From Candidatus Kaiserbacteria bacterium (lineage in GTDB: Bacteria > Patescibacteriota > Minisyncoccia > Phycocordibacterales > UBA2100): DNA of 64,000 nt. The notes below the pieces were generated by a model that saw nothing but the letters and a program-made list of their open reading frames with translations, did no database searches and was not told where the DNA came from. This document shows positions 20,823 to 31,475 of the stretch, one piece after another. The stretch lies in contig JAQBRI010000006.1 of the NCBI GenBank assembly GCA_028286585.1, positions 16,558 to 80,557 on the forward strand, written 5' to 3'. Both the position numbers and the translations under genes were made by a program. The first letter of the stretch is position 1, and each line of letters starts with the position of its first letter.

Positions 20823-21413
20823 TTATAGTGTTCCCAAAAGGTATACGACGGTAAAGACGAATATCCAAATAATATCAAGAAAGTGCCAGAATATTCCAAG
20901 GGCAGTAAGCTTGCGAAGTATCTGCGGCGAGAGTCCCCTGTCGACAATTTGAATCATGAGGGTAAACATCCACAATAATCCCAAACTTACATGAAGAGCA
21001 TGTGTTCCGACAAGCGTAAAAAATGCCGAAAGAAATCCGCTTCGAGTCCAGCTGATACCTTCGTTCACAAGATGTGAAAACTCATTTATTTCCAATGATA
21101 CGAACGAAAGTCCTAGGAGAATAGTGATGGCAATTAATATAAGTGCAGTGTTTTTGCGATGATGATGCACTGCAAGCATAGTGAGTCCATAGGTAAAGCT
21201 TGAGCTCAAGAGTATGAGTGTTTCGACAAGAACAAAGGGTAGGTTAAAGATGTCTTTAGCTGAAGGTCCACCAAAAGTATTGTTGTGCAAAACGGCATAG
21301 ACAATGAAAAGTGCCGCAAAAAGAAAACAGTCACTCATGATATAGATCCAGAATCCAAAAACTGTTCGCGCATCGGCTTTGAGATGATGATTATGCAATG
21401 TTAAGTCGTTCAT
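20823..21413 (-). CDS. cyoC: Cytochrome bo3 ubiquinol oxidase subunit III
   Basis: [30 protein letters not shown]. Confidence 0.95.
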   Translation of the reverse strand: MNDLTLHNHHLKADARTVFGFWIYIMSDCFLFAALFIVYAVLHNNTFGGPSAKDIFNLPFVLVETLILLSSSFTYGLTMLAVHHHRKNTALILIAITILLGLSFVSLEINEFSHLVNEGISWTRSGFLSAFFTLVGTHALHVSLGLLWMFTLMIQIVDRGLSPQILRKLTALGIFWHFLDIIWIFVFTVVYLLGTL

Positions 21414-23383
21414 ATTGTTTTGTGTCTTCGTGATTCTATAAGTGCGACTGTTTCTGCCGATACAACATATTCTGTCTCCTGATCAAATGATCGGACCATG
21501 ACACTCGCAATGATACCGATAAGTGCCACGGCACAGAGCCATGTAATATGCCATACGATTGCAAATCCAAACACGAGTGCAAAAGCTGCAATAATAAAAC
21601 CGAGCGGTGTATTCTTTGGCATAACGATGTCCTCGTAGGAACTATGCTGCGGCCGCATGTGCGCTTCTCCATATTTCATATCCCAAAAAGCGTGTCTGCC
21701 ATGGACTGTTGGAATATGCGCAAAGTTGTAAAACGGTGGCGGCGATGAAGTCGACCATTCAAGTGTACGACCATCCCACGGATCGCCCGTTAGATCTTTA
21801 TTGTGCTTACGGTCACGGAAACTTACATATAGTTGTATACCCTGGAATACGCCGCCAAGCGCTATGATACAGACGCCTATCGCAGCAATAATCAGAAATG
21901 GCTGCCATCCTGTTGTAATATCATAATGACTCAAGCGCCGAGTCATGCCCATGAGTCCAACGATATAAATTGGCAAAAAAGCGACAAAGAATCCGATGAC
22001 CCAGCACCAAAATGCGTATGTGCCATATTTTTCATTAAGTTTGAATCCAAAGAACTTTGGAAACCAATATGCGAGTCCGGCAAAGTAGCCAAAGATAACA
22101 CCGCCGATGATTGTGTTATGAAAATGCGCAATCAAAAAGAGACTGTTATGCAATTGAAAGTCCGCAGCTGGAATTGCCATCAATACTCCTGTCATCCCAC
22201 CAAACGTGAATGTCGAAATAAATCCCATTGTCCACAACATCGGCGTGGTAAATGTAATGCGGCCGCGGTACATGGTAAACAGCCAGTTGAATATTTTGAC
22301 ACCAGTTGGAATGGCAATGATCATCGTCGCAATACCAAAAAATGCATTCACATTAGCGTCCGCGCCCATCGTAAAGAAGTGATGCACCCACACGATAAAT
22401 GAAAAGAATGTGATAGCGACCGTTGCCCAAATCATCGTGGTATAGCCAAAGAGTTGTTTGCGCGAAAAGACCGGCACCACTTCGGAAAAGATTCCGAATG
22501 CGGGAAGAATCAGAATATACACCTCGGGGTGTCCCCACGACCAGATCAAATTGATATACATCATTGGATTACCACCAAAATCTGCGCTAAAGAAATGCAT
22601 CCCATAAAATCTATCGAGAAACAAAAGTGCAAGCGTGACTGTGAGAATTGGAAATACAATAACCACCAAACTCATCGCCGAAAGCGTCGTCCAAACAAAA
22701 ACCGGCATACGCATCAAGGTCATGCCTGGTGCGCGCATCCGAAGTATGGTGACGAGAAAATTAATACCAGACAAGAGCGACCCTACGCCTGCGATTTGAA
22801 TACACCAAATATAATAATCAACGCCGACACCCGGGCTATACACAAGTTCTGAAAGTGGCGGGTACGCAAGCCAACCCGTGCGTGCAAATTCACCAATCGA
22901 AAGCGACAGATTCAAGAGAAGCGCTCCCGAAACCGCAAGCCAAAGACTAAGCGAATTAACAAACGGAAATGCGACGTCGCGGCTGCCTATAAGAAGAGGC
23001 GTGGCTAGATTAATCAGCCCAAACATGAGCGGCATCGCTACAAAGAAAATCATTATCACGCCGTGCGCAGTAAAAACCTGGTCATAATGATCAGGCGGCA
23101 AAAAACCGTGTGCACTCCCTGCAGAAACTGCCAATTGCCCGCGCATCATTGCAGCATCTATAAATCCACGCACCATCATCACAAATGCGAGGATAAGATA
23201 CATAATTCCTATCCGTTTATGGTCAACTGTGGTAATCCAGTTTTTCCAGAGCCACGTCCAACGATGTTTTACGGTAAGAATACTGAGAACTGCAATAACC
23301 ACGATGCTCATTAAAATGGTTGCGCCAAAAATGATCGGATCATGGGGAAATGCACTCAAGGTCAGGTTGCCAAAAAGATTCAT
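21410..23383 (-). CDS. cyoB: Cytochrome bo3 ubiquinol oxidase subunit I
   Basis: DHKRIG, RGFxD and HYDQ (quinol site), GHPEVY, WVHH, AHFH. Confidence 0.97.
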   Translation of the reverse strand: MNLFGNLTLSAFPHDPIIFGATILMSIVVIAVLSILTVKHRWTWLWKNWITTVDHKRIGIMYLILAFVMMVRGFIDAAMMRGQLAVSAGSAHGFLPPDHYDQVFTAHGVIMIFFVAMPLMFGLINLATPLLIGSRDVAFPFVNSLSLWLAVSGALLLNLSLSIGEFARTGWLAYPPLSELVYSPGVGVDYYIWCIQIAGVGSLLSGINFLVTILRMRAPGMTLMRMPVFVWTTLSAMSLVVIVFPILTVTLALLFLDRFYGMHFFSADFGGNPMMYINLIWSWGHPEVYILILPAFGIFSEVVPVFSRKQLFGYTTMIWATVAITFFSFIVWVHHFFTMGADANVNAFFGIATMIIAIPTGVKIFNWLFTMYRGRITFTTPMLWTMGFISTFTFGGMTGVLMAIPAADFQLHNSLFLIAHFHNTIIGGVIFGYFAGLAYWFPKFFGFKLNEKYGTYAFWCWVIGFFVAFLPIYIVGLMGMTRRLSHYDITTGWQPFLIIAAIGVCIIALGGVFQGIQLYVSFRDRKHNKDLTGDPWDGRTLEWSTSSPPPFYNFAHIPTVHGRHAFWDMKYGEAHMRPQHSSYEDIVMPKNTPLGFIIAAFALVFGFAIVWHITWLCAVALIGIIASVMVRSFDQETEYVVSAETVALIESRRHKTI

Positions 23384-23386
23384 ATA

Positions 23387-24301
23387 TTATATGCCCCGCA
23401 TATCAGCACTTGTCATGTTCATATCCATCCCATTCATCTGCGTTGAAGGCATCATATATTTCATAATAATTGTATCATAGAGCCCTGATGGAACTTGGGA
23501 ATAAAAGTGTATCTTTTCACTCTCACTTGGTTTAACGAGTGCTTCGTACGTCGAACTGGTAAGTGAATTGTCAGAATTTTGTACTGCGGTAACCCAGGTA
23601 GCGTAATCTTCGGAACTAACCGCTCGAGCAACAAACGTCATGTCCGAAAATCCATTACCGCTAAAGTTTGCCGATGAACCGCGGTAATCACCAATTGTAT
23701 CTGCCGAAAGATTGAGCTGCGTTTGCATGCCAGGCATCGCATAAATTTGTCCGCCTAGCCGTGGTATCCAAAAGGAATTCATTGGGGCATCGGCCGTAAT
23801 AACAAATCGAACGGGAGTATCTTTTGGAAACTCTACAAAATTGAGTGTCGCTATTCCCTCTTTAGGATAAATGAACAACCATTTCCAATTGAGAGCAACT
23901 ACTTCGATCGTCATGGTCGGATTCTCATCGATAATCTGTCGGTACGGATCAAGCTCCTTGGATGAAACCCATGTTATGGCCGCAAGAAGGCAGATAATAA
24001 ATATCGGGATCATCCACCAGACAGTTTCGAGTAAAACACTATGTGACCATTCGGGACTATATTTTGCCGAGGTATTTTCTGCTCTATAACGCCATGCAAT
24101 CACATAACTTAATCCGACGACTGGCACGACTACAAGGAGCATGAGCACAACAGAAATAATAATGAGACTTCGTTCCTGCAAAGCAATTACTCCGTTTGGC
24201 TGGAGGATTCCGAGAGAGTGTCCCAGTGTAAAATAATAGAGAATGCCACAAAAACCGACTGCAAAAATTAATAGTGCGAGAGCTTTGAGCGCAAATTTCA
24301 T
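23387..24301 (-). CDS. cyoA: Cytochrome bo3 ubiquinol oxidase subunit II
   Basis: WKWLFIYP, MNSFWIPRLGGQIYAM, SANFSG; no CuA cysteines. Confidence 0.95.
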   Translation of the reverse strand: MKFALKALALLIFAVGFCGILYYFTLGHSLGILQPNGVIALQERSLIIISVVLMLLVVVPVVGLSYVIAWRYRAENTSAKYSPEWSHSVLLETVWWMIPIFIICLLAAITWVSSKELDPYRQIIDENPTMTIEVVALNWKWLFIYPKEGIATLNFVEFPKDTPVRFVITADAPMNSFWIPRLGGQIYAMPGMQTQLNLSADTIGDYRGSSANFSGNGFSDMTFVARAVSSEDYATWVTAVQNSDNSLTSSTYEALVKPSESEKIHFYSQVPSGLYDTIIMKYMMPSTQMNGMDMNMTSADMRGI

Positions 24302-24332
24302 ATACTATTCTTTCGCTCAGTATAGCAAACCT

Positions 24333-25250
24333 TTACCCGACATCTTCGACATCCCATTCATCTTTTTTCAGTCGGCGGATAGCTTCGCTACCCAAACCAA
24401 CAAGTGCAGCAAGGCCGGTCGCGACAGCAAGATATACATCCCAAGAATGTTTCGGTGGCGTCGCCACAGCAACTGAAGCAGTTTGATCTGACTCTGCTGG
24501 AGCACTGGAAACCGTTGTCGTGCCTACGGTTGCCAAATCATTCCAAGAATCAGCAGCAGTGCTTTGCGTCGTTGGTTTTTTCTTTTTCGAAGTCGAAGTT
24601 TTTGCCTTGCCCACCGTCGCATCCTGCGAAGGCTGGGTCGCAGGTTTTTTTGTTATTACTGCCGCAGTCTTGGTAGTTGCTATTACAAACCGAGATGCAA
24701 CAGAAACCTTTGTAGTAAAAGTACCTGGCGAAGGCGCCTGCGAAGTAAATGCCACATGAATGGACGCACGCTGCAGTGAATTACCGTCATTACTTGCACC
24801 ATCTGATTTACTATAGAGTGCGCTCGCGACATCGGTACCTGCACTATTCACAAATGATATGTATGCGCCAGTATTAGGCAGCGAAAATGCTGAAACCATG
24901 ATAGGTACGCCCGTGTCTCCATTCTCAGTCTCAAATGCTTTTTGATTTCTCACAATAAGTGCATGCTGATTTGGTTCTACAAATTCACTACCTGTTTTTA
25001 TAATTACATGATTCTTGCCGCCAATATGCGTTTTTAACGCAGATAAGTCTACCGATAATGTACCGTCGTTATATACCTCGATCCATTCACGATCACTATC
25101 GCTTCCTCTTGGATCGTACATGATTTCTGTAATAATAAGATTCGCATGAGCTACATGGGGAGCTATCAAAATAAGCATCACAAAAACTACTCCCCTTATA
25201 CCCCATACTCTATTTGCTACTCTTTTATGTGTTGTGTTATGACCCCTCAT
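24333..25250 (-). CDS. Lamin-tail-domain surface protein with C-terminal TM anchor
   Basis: IITEIMYDP...EWIEVYN LTD motif, S/T/K-rich linker, C-terminal hydrophobic helix; start uncertain. Confidence 0.75.
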   Translation of the reverse strand: MRGHNTTHKRVANRVWGIRGVVFVMLILIAPHVAHANLIITEIMYDPRGSDSDREWIEVYNDGTLSVDLSALKTHIGGKNHVIIKTGSEFVEPNQHALIVRNQKAFETENGDTGVPIMVSAFSLPNTGAYISFVNSAGTDVASALYSKSDGASNDGNSLQRASIHVAFTSQAPSPGTFTTKVSVASRFVIATTKTAAVITKKPATQPSQDATVGKAKTSTSKKKKPTTQSTAADSWNDLATVGTTTVSSAPAESDQTASVAVATPPKHSWDVYLAVATGLAALVGLGSEAIRRLKKDEWDVEDVG

Positions 25251-25262
25251 GACCCCTCTGTT

Positions 25263-27326
25263 TTATGGATTACCAATAATTTTGCGAAGCATTTCTGGCG
25301 AAATATCTGATTCGATGTCGGTTTCCGACTCAGGCGGAAGCATTGTTCGCGGCGGTTGTGTAGTTTGTGTTTGCTGAACGGGTGGCTGGTTTACGGTCAC
25401 ATGCGTCTGTATTATTGTATTCTCGAGTTTAGGTGGGACTACCGCAGCAGGATGCGGTTGGTGAATATGCATGTGTGTATGTTTGTGATGCGATTCCTGA
25501 GGCTTTTGTGTGGGAGCTGGTGTCGGTTGGGTGTTTGGCTTCTTTTGCATTTTTTCACGCAATATTTCTGCAGGAGTTTTAACTCGAGGTGTGGAAGCCG
25601 CAGGAGTAACGGGAGCCGCAGGTTTTGCCCGCGCTGCCTCTATCGCATCTCGAAGTGATGCACGCGGATCGGCTTTTACTGGTGGTGGCACAGATTCCGT
25701 TCTCTCTGCATGCGTATTGGATTGCGCAAACGAACGCTGATCTGTCTTTGTTTCAAAGTTGGTGGTAACTGTATTTCGGTTTACAACGAGCGTCGGCTGA
25801 AAATTAAACGTGGACTTTCTCTCGTCTCTCTGGATGGATACGACTGACGTTGCCGGTCTTGGCTCTACCGGAGTACTTACTTTATTTGTAACCGAACGAA
25901 GTGCGGCAAGCGGAGACTGGCCTTGCTGTTGCGGCGAATTGTTCTGAGAGTAACCTCCTCCCTGTGGGCCATATGTTTTCTTTTTTGCATCTCGAGGAGG
26001 CGCCACAAATTCTGACTGCTTTGCAGCAATATATTGCTCGATATCGGCGCGCGTCCGCGCATATGCAGCACGTGAATGTACAATCACATCATCCTTGTAA
26101 GAAATAACCGGTTTTTCAATAGGCGGAATCGTTTCCGCAGAAAATGGCTGTGAACCCACTCCGTCAATCATGAGTGTGAGGTAAATTTGTCCGAGACCAA
26201 GGTTAACAAGGTCTTCTGCCAAAAAGGTTGGCTCAAAAACAGTCTTTAGCGTTTCGGCGTCAAATGGTCCTACGCGAAACGTAATCAAGGTTCCCACGTT
26301 TCCAAACACTGCATCACGAACAGTTTCCTCCATTTGTTCGATGTACTGGTTGGCAAGCGTGAGTGCTAGTTTGTATTTGCGTGATTCGGAAAGAATATCC
26401 GCAAACGCTTCGTTCATCATCGACTGAAATTCATCAACATAAAAGAAACATCGGGGCAGTTTTGCCATGCGGCTTGGCGGCTCATCAGCGCGGCTCATCG
26501 CAGCGAGATAAATCTTGACCGTAAGCATCGAACCCAACAACGACGCGTTGGTTTCTCCCATGCGGCCTTTAGAAAGGTTGACGATAAATATTTTCTTTTC
26601 ATCCATTGCCTCTCGCAAATTAAATGAAGATTTTGGTTGTCCCACAATATTACGAATCAAAGGATTTGATACGAATTGTCCAATCTTGTTCTGAATCGCA
26701 GGGAGCGCCTCGCGCGTATATGTATCGGTAAAGTTTGCGAATTCGTCGAGCCAAAACGACTTAACGATCGGATCAGTTACCTTTTCGATAACTGCATCAC
26801 GAAAGGTTTTGTTGACCAATAGGCGGTTTACGTCGAGCAAAGTCGAGCCCGGATACTCAAGAAGTGCAAGAAGGGTATTTTGCAATATATATTCCATACG
26901 TGCGCTCCATGCATCAACCCAAATACGCTTGAGCGCGCCCATGAGCCCGGCAACAACGAGGTGACGTTGATCAAAACCGATATCCTCCATGATATTAAAG
27001 CCCATCGGGTTTTCCGTATCAAATGGAGCAAAATAAATAACATCATTGATGCGGTCGTGCGGGACAAAGTCGAGCAACTTTTCAGCGGTCGAACCGTGCG
27101 GATCGATAAATGCGATGCCCTCGCCATGCTGAATGTCCTGGATAGCCATGTTTTCGAGCATGGTTGATTTACCCATACCAGTTTTTCCAATGACGTAGAT
27201 GTGTTTGCCTCGGTCAATTCCACGTATGCCAAACATCTCACGTTTGCCGCGTGTATGCGTTGCCGCAAAATAAGTAATTCTGCGATCATCGTCAACTGCT
27301 GGTTTGTGAGAATTGTCAGCGTTCAT
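25263..27326 (-). CDS. TrwB/VirD4-like (HerA/FtsK superfamily) ATPase with long P/Q/T-rich tail
   Basis: GKTGMGKS Walker A, IDPHG, YVDEFQ Walker B, ESRKY, ANQY. Confidence 0.85.
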   Translation of the reverse strand: MNADNSHKPAVDDDRRITYFAATHTRGKREMFGIRGIDRGKHIYVIGKTGMGKSTMLENMAIQDIQHGEGIAFIDPHGSTAEKLLDFVPHDRINDVIYFAPFDTENPMGFNIMEDIGFDQRHLVVAGLMGALKRIWVDAWSARMEYILQNTLLALLEYPGSTLLDVNRLLVNKTFRDAVIEKVTDPIVKSFWLDEFANFTDTYTREALPAIQNKIGQFVSNPLIRNIVGQPKSSFNLREAMDEKKIFIVNLSKGRMGETNASLLGSMLTVKIYLAAMSRADEPPSRMAKLPRCFFYVDEFQSMMNEAFADILSESRKYKLALTLANQYIEQMEETVRDAVFGNVGTLITFRVGPFDAETLKTVFEPTFLAEDLVNLGLGQIYLTLMIDGVGSQPFSAETIPPIEKPVISYKDDVIVHSRAAYARTRADIEQYIAAKQSEFVAPPRDAKKKTYGPQGGGYSQNNSPQQQGQSPLAALRSVTNKVSTPVEPRPATSVVSIQRDERKSTFNFQPTLVVNRNTVTTNFETKTDQRSFAQSNTHAERTESVPPPVKADPRASLRDAIEAARAKPAAPVTPAASTPRVKTPAEILREKMQKKPNTQPTPAPTQKPQESHHKHTHMHIHQPHPAAVVPPKLENTIIQTHVTVNQPPVQQTQTTQPPRTMLPPESETDIESDISPEMLRKIIGNP

Positions 27327-27390
27327 ACGCAAAGTATAACAGAGGATTATATTTCTTGTGTCAATCGCCCGCACAGTGTGATACCTGTCA

Positions 27391-28731
27391 TTATTGTGTT
27401 GTTGTAGTACTTTCTCCCAAAACCGATCGGAGTGAGCGATATTTGTTGGCGGCATCCCACACCAAATACGACGAGAGACCTGCGTCTGTGGTCGCTTTAA
27501 TCTGCGCGGTTACCATCGCAGGCGTGTACGTGACAGGATAATCAAATGACTGTAGCCAAGGACGGATTTTTGAAGCCGGGTAACTGTCCTTTGAATATAC
27601 AGTTTTAATAGCAACCGTACTGCTTGCAGTTTTAGTAGCAGGAATTATGGTTTTAATTTGAACAGCATGTGAACCAATGATTTGATACGGACTCGTTGTA
27701 GCTTCTGCACGAGCGACAGCGCGCTGCATTTCAATATGCACAATGTCATACGGATGCGCATTTACGTCAGAATATCCATTGAACCCTTTATTGTAGTGCG
27801 ACGGATAGACCATTGGATCGATATAATCAAAGTATGGCATGGCACGTTCAAGTACTTGCCCGATACCAAGATCGTCTTCGCTCGATGATACGAGCCCAAA
27901 CATATCAGCTGAAGTTGTGATACCGGCTGCAGTCATCTTGTCGTGCAGATAACTAAAGAATTGTTCGAGTGCAACCTGTTTGGCTTTACCAGCGTCATAT
28001 GTAAATACTGCCTCCGAAAGCGGGCCGTCCGATGGAAAACGTATGTAATCGAAATTGATCTCATCAAAGCCCATCTGATCATGCGAAACTATTGCCAGGG
28101 TTGCTATGTAATCCCAAAATGGTTTTGCACCAACGTCGATAAACGCGAGTCCCCCATAATTTTTCCACACTCCACCTCCTTTCTTTTGCACTGCCCAGTC
28201 GGGATGCAGCTTTGCATGCAATGGATCTTGAAATGTTGTGACGCGGCCAATAACATAGATGCCCTTTTCATGCAGTTTTTGAATAAATGCTTTCATGTCT
28301 TTCGCACCGCATGCGGTAGACACATATGGCGCAAGCGCTGGGTCGGTGCTTGGAAACGAAATGCTGCCCGAAAAATCTTTGATGTCTATAATGATCGAGT
28401 TTAACTTACTATCGTCGACAAACTTAACCAACGAATCTCGAAAAGAAGGGGTTCCGACAACACACTGCGACATGTAAATTGCTCGCACGTCTGTTGGAGT
28501 AGCAATATGTGTAACATCCCCGCTAGCTACGGCAACCGGGGTTGGAGTATTTACGACAGTACTTGTCGATGATGTTGCGACTGCGCCTCGAACATACGCC
28601 AAGTCTGATTTTTTTGCATACAAATTAATGCCGGAAAAGAGGCCAAATAATACGACACCCGAAATTGCAAACAGGGTGACGTAGCGTAGTACAAAAGTAC
28701 GCTGCAATATTTTGTTATTAGATTTCTTCAT
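27391..28731 (-). CDS. Putative glycoside hydrolase (DUF4015-like), membrane-anchored
   Basis: IDIKD, GFDEINFDYIRFP, PMVYPSHY, RPWLQ. Confidence 0.8.
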   Translation of the reverse strand: MKKSNNKILQRTFVLRYVTLFAISGVVLFGLFSGINLYAKKSDLAYVRGAVATSSTSTVVNTPTPVAVASGDVTHIATPTDVRAIYMSQCVVGTPSFRDSLVKFVDDSKLNSIIIDIKDFSGSISFPSTDPALAPYVSTACGAKDMKAFIQKLHEKGIYVIGRVTTFQDPLHAKLHPDWAVQKKGGGVWKNYGGLAFIDVGAKPFWDYIATLAIVSHDQMGFDEINFDYIRFPSDGPLSEAVFTYDAGKAKQVALEQFFSYLHDKMTAAGITTSADMFGLVSSSEDDLGIGQVLERAMPYFDYIDPMVYPSHYNKGFNGYSDVNAHPYDIVHIEMQRAVARAEATTSPYQIIGSHAVQIKTIIPATKTASSTVAIKTVYSKDSYPASKIRPWLQSFDYPVTYTPAMVTAQIKATTDAGLSSYLVWDAANKYRSLRSVLGESTTTTQ

Positions 28732-28954
28732 GCGGAGATGAGGTATTTTCTCGCGCCGGTTGACTATCAACAAATTCCGCATTTGGTGGCGGTACTACCA
28801 CTGCATGACCACGGCGTCGCAAGGTGACACCGCACATAATGAAGACGATTCCAAAAAAAGTATACAGCGGTCGATCCCAGGAAGACGGAAAACCAAGATA
28901 TGGGAGAACAACGGTCAGTACGCCGGTAAGCATGATGAGTGCGTCAAGTGTCAT
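28718..28954 (-). CDS. Small two-TM membrane protein
   Basis: Two hydrophobic helices around LPYLGFP; TATAAT 7 nt upstream of ATG. Confidence 0.65.
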   Translation of the reverse strand: MTLDALIMLTGVLTVVLPYLGFPSSWDRPLYTFFGIVFIMCGVTLRRRGHAVVVPPPNAEFVDSQPARENTSSPHEEI

Positions 28955-28987
28955 GCTCACTATTATATCAGATTAAATAAAAAAGTG

Positions 28988-29017
28988 ATGACCCCGATGC
29001 GCGTTGCATCGGGGTCA
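28988..29017 (-). terminator. Intrinsic terminator
   Basis: TGACCCCGATGC/GCATCGGGGTCA stem with A-run on the + side (U-run on minus). Confidence 0.75.
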
Positions 29018-29030
29018 AAAGGGACGAGAC

Positions 29031-29162
29031 TCAGAGAATCGTCCGGAGGAGCATCACCGCAACAACTGCCGCGATCAGGATTCCCGCCGAATATGGGAGG
29101 ATTCTGTCGTGGTAGAGGGTGACACCGAACTTGTTGTATATATGTGTGCTATAGGTACGCAT
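29031..29162 (-). CDS. 43-aa single-TM small protein (not in ORF track)
   Basis: MRTYSTHIYNKFGVTLYHDRILPYSAGILIAAVVAVMLLRTIL; AGGAG SD, consensus promoter and own terminator. Confidence 0.6.
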   Translation of the reverse strand: MRTYSTHIYNKFGVTLYHDRILPYSAGILIAAVVAVMLLRTIL

Positions 29163-29197
29163 TACACTTACTCCTGGCACAGTGTGAATCTGGTGTA

Positions 29198-29225
29198 ATT
29201 ATACATCAAATACAGTAATTGTCAA
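29198..29225 (-). promoter_or_regulatory. sigma70 promoter TTGACA-16-TATAAT
   Basis: Perfect hexamers read on the minus strand. Confidence 0.75.
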
Positions 29226-29230
29226 GGGTA

Positions 29231-29917
29231 CTATTGTGGCTCTATTACCACAACAAATTCCCCTCGTACTCCCCCTTTTTCTTCCAGTGTCTTAGCCACC
29301 ACAAGCGGTTCTCCTACCAAAACCTCTTCAAACATCTTGGTGATTTCGCGTGCAACTGTCACTTTGACCGGCTTTTCAATTTCCGATAATTCAGTCAATA
29401 ATTTGATTATGCGATGCGGGGATTCGTACACCACTACCGGATATTCGCTTGCTGCAATCCCTTTGAGTGCGGTTTGTCTGCCTTTTTTGTGTGGCAAAAA
29501 ACCAAGAAAGGTAAAAGAGTCCGACGAAATACCTGCAATAGAAAGTGTTGCGGTAAGAGCCGATGCGCCCGGAATTGCCTCGATCACAGTCTCAGGTGAC
29601 CGACTTCTAACGTGTGCGACTAATCGTGACCCGGGATCAGAAATCCCGGGAGTACCTGCATCTGACACGTACGCGACTTTTTCTCCGCTCTCTAGTCTCT
29701 CTAAAATTTCTTCGGACTTTTTTGTTTCGGTTGCTGCATCAAGTCTGTGGACCGATGTTTTAATATCGTAGTGCGCGAGCAATTTTCCGATGACACGAGT
29801 ATCCTCGGCATATATCGCGTCAACTTCCTTAAGCACACGCAGTGCGCGTAGCGTAATATCCTCCAAATTACCGATCGGAGTTGCAACAATTGAAAGTGTA
29901 CCTTTTGTGTCAGTCAT
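29231..29917 (-). CDS. rsmI: 16S rRNA C1402 2'-O-methyltransferase
   Basis: VATPIGNLEDITLRA, AEDTR, SDAGTPGISDPG, YESPHR, RGE. Confidence 0.95.
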   Translation of the reverse strand: MTDTKGTLSIVATPIGNLEDITLRALRVLKEVDAIYAEDTRVIGKLLAHYDIKTSVHRLDAATETKKSEEILERLESGEKVAYVSDAGTPGISDPGSRLVAHVRSRSPETVIEAIPGASALTATLSIAGISSDSFTFLGFLPHKKGRQTALKGIAASEYPVVVYESPHRIIKLLTELSEIEKPVKVTVAREITKMFEEVLVGEPLVVAKTLEEKGGVRGEFVVVIEPQ

Positions 29918-29927
29918 ATAAAAACAG

Positions 29928-29953
29928 TGGCGCGGGTTGTACAACCCGCGCCA
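29928..29953. terminator. Perfect palindrome / probable terminator
   Basis: TGGCGCGGGTTGTACAACCCGCGCCA. Confidence 0.55.
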
Positions 29954-29962
29954 ATACTTGCT

Positions 29963-30091
29963 TTAGAGGGGTGTCGTGCGGACTTCGAGTCCACGCTGTA
30001 CCTGAATTTCGTGCTGTCCAGCCCTGCGAATAAACTGGATTAGGTAGACGCGTACTATCCGTAGCCACCTTGGGTATTTTCTTAGGGCCAT
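29963..30091 (-). CDS. 42-aa basic small protein (not in ORF track)
   Basis: MALRKYPRWLRIVRVYLIQFIRRAGQHEIQVQRGLEVRTTPL preceded by GGAGGAGG and TGaCATAAT. Confidence 0.5.
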   Translation of the reverse strand: MALRKYPRWLRIVRVYLIQFIRRAGQHEIQVQRGLEVRTTPL

Positions 30092-30135
30092 GGGATCCTC
30101 CTCCCTCATTTACCAAACTGATTATGTCACAAAAA

Positions 30136-31422
30136 TTACAAAGCAACAATCTGTTCGGCGACTTTGTAAATATCTCCTGCACCGATCGTAATAATGAGGG
30201 TTCCCTCTTTTTCTTTGAGCAACTCATCGCGAATCTCGTCAAAGGTGTCGAGTGCTATCACGGTGCCGCCTTCGGTTTCGTTCGCAAGTTCGGCAAGAAT
30301 ATGGTTTGAAACACTAGGATCGTGCACTTCTCGCGCGGCATATATTGGCGCGATGATTGTTGTATCGGCCTTTCCAAGTGCGTCTGCAAACTCAGGTAAA
30401 AGTGACTGAGTGCGACTATATAAATGCGGGTGAAAAGCAACAACGATGCGCATAGCGGGAAATCTTTCTCGCGCTGCCTCTATCGTCTTTGTAATTGCGG
30501 TCGGATGATGTGCATAATCATCATATACAAGAGCGCCGTTCACCGTCTCTCCTTTGTATTCAAACCTGCGCCATGAGCCTTTGAAATTCGTCAACGCCTC
30601 ATCCAGTATATCTTCGGAAATTAATGGAAATACTTCTGCTGCTGCCACTTTTGCTGCTCGTGCGTTCATATTGTTAAATTCCCCTAGCATTGGAAGCGTC
30701 GGAACACTTGCAAGTGAGTAATCGACAACGGTCGCGACAGCGTCCTCGAGCAAGGGTCGAATGTTTGGGTTGTTGGTATCGGTAATGATAAAACCATGCG
30801 CCGGCACACGATCGATCGCCATTTTAAAACTTTTTTGAATTGCTTCGAGCGTAGGAAAATAATCAGTATGATCCAGTTCGATATTGGTGATCACCAAAAC
30901 TTCGGGAGAAAGTTTGAGCATATGGTCTCGATATTCGCACGCCTCTACTACAAACAAATTTGGATCTCCTGCAAGAAAGTTTGACCCAAAATCTTTGACG
31001 ATAGATCCGATAATTGCAGTAGGCTGCATTCCTGCATGCTGCAATATTTTTGTAAGCATGCCGGTAGTAGTTGTCTTTCCGTGCGTGCCGGCAACTGCAA
31101 TCGTGCGCATATTTTTTGAAATTATACCGAGCGCATCAAAGTACGAAATTTCAGGAATATTCATTTCGACACCTCTCACTCGCTCGACATTGTCGGGGTA
31201 GATCGCGTCACTATAAATAATAAGCTGTACATTTGCTGGAATATTACATGGATCTTGACCTATCATGATCTGCACTCCTTTTGACGCAAGAAGGGCCGTC
31301 GGTGGTGATTCTTCTCTATCTGAACCGGTCACGTTTTTGCCCTGATGCACAAGGAGTTGTGCGAGCGCAGACATGCCTATCCCCCCGACGCCGATCATGT
31401 AAATGTTCTCAGGAATTTCCAT
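30136..31422 (-). CDS. murC: UDP-N-acetylmuramate--L-alanine ligase
   Basis: GVGGIGMSALA, GTHGKTTT, EACE, DDYAHHPT. Confidence 0.95.
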   Translation of the reverse strand: MEIPENIYMIGVGGIGMSALAQLLVHQGKNVTGSDREESPPTALLASKGVQIMIGQDPCNIPANVQLIIYSDAIYPDNVERVRGVEMNIPEISYFDALGIISKNMRTIAVAGTHGKTTTTGMLTKILQHAGMQPTAIIGSIVKDFGSNFLAGDPNLFVVEACEYRDHMLKLSPEVLVITNIELDHTDYFPTLEAIQKSFKMAIDRVPAHGFIITDTNNPNIRPLLEDAVATVVDYSLASVPTLPMLGEFNNMNARAAKVAAAEVFPLISEDILDEALTNFKGSWRRFEYKGETVNGALVYDDYAHHPTAITKTIEAARERFPAMRIVVAFHPHLYSRTQSLLPEFADALGKADTTIIAPIYAAREVHDPSVSNHILAELANETEGGTVIALDTFDEIRDELLKEKEGTLIITIGAGDIYKVAEQIVAL

Positions 31423-31475
31423 AAAATGAGTGTAGCACGATCGAGACAGTTAAGAGATAAGGACGTAAGGCGACC

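Noticed and set aside
21833-22852. Long plus-strand ORFs within cyoB
   Set aside because: Antisense shadows of a conserved gene
25239-25258. 10-bp tandem duplication ATGACCCCTC x2
   Set aside because: Too short to interpret
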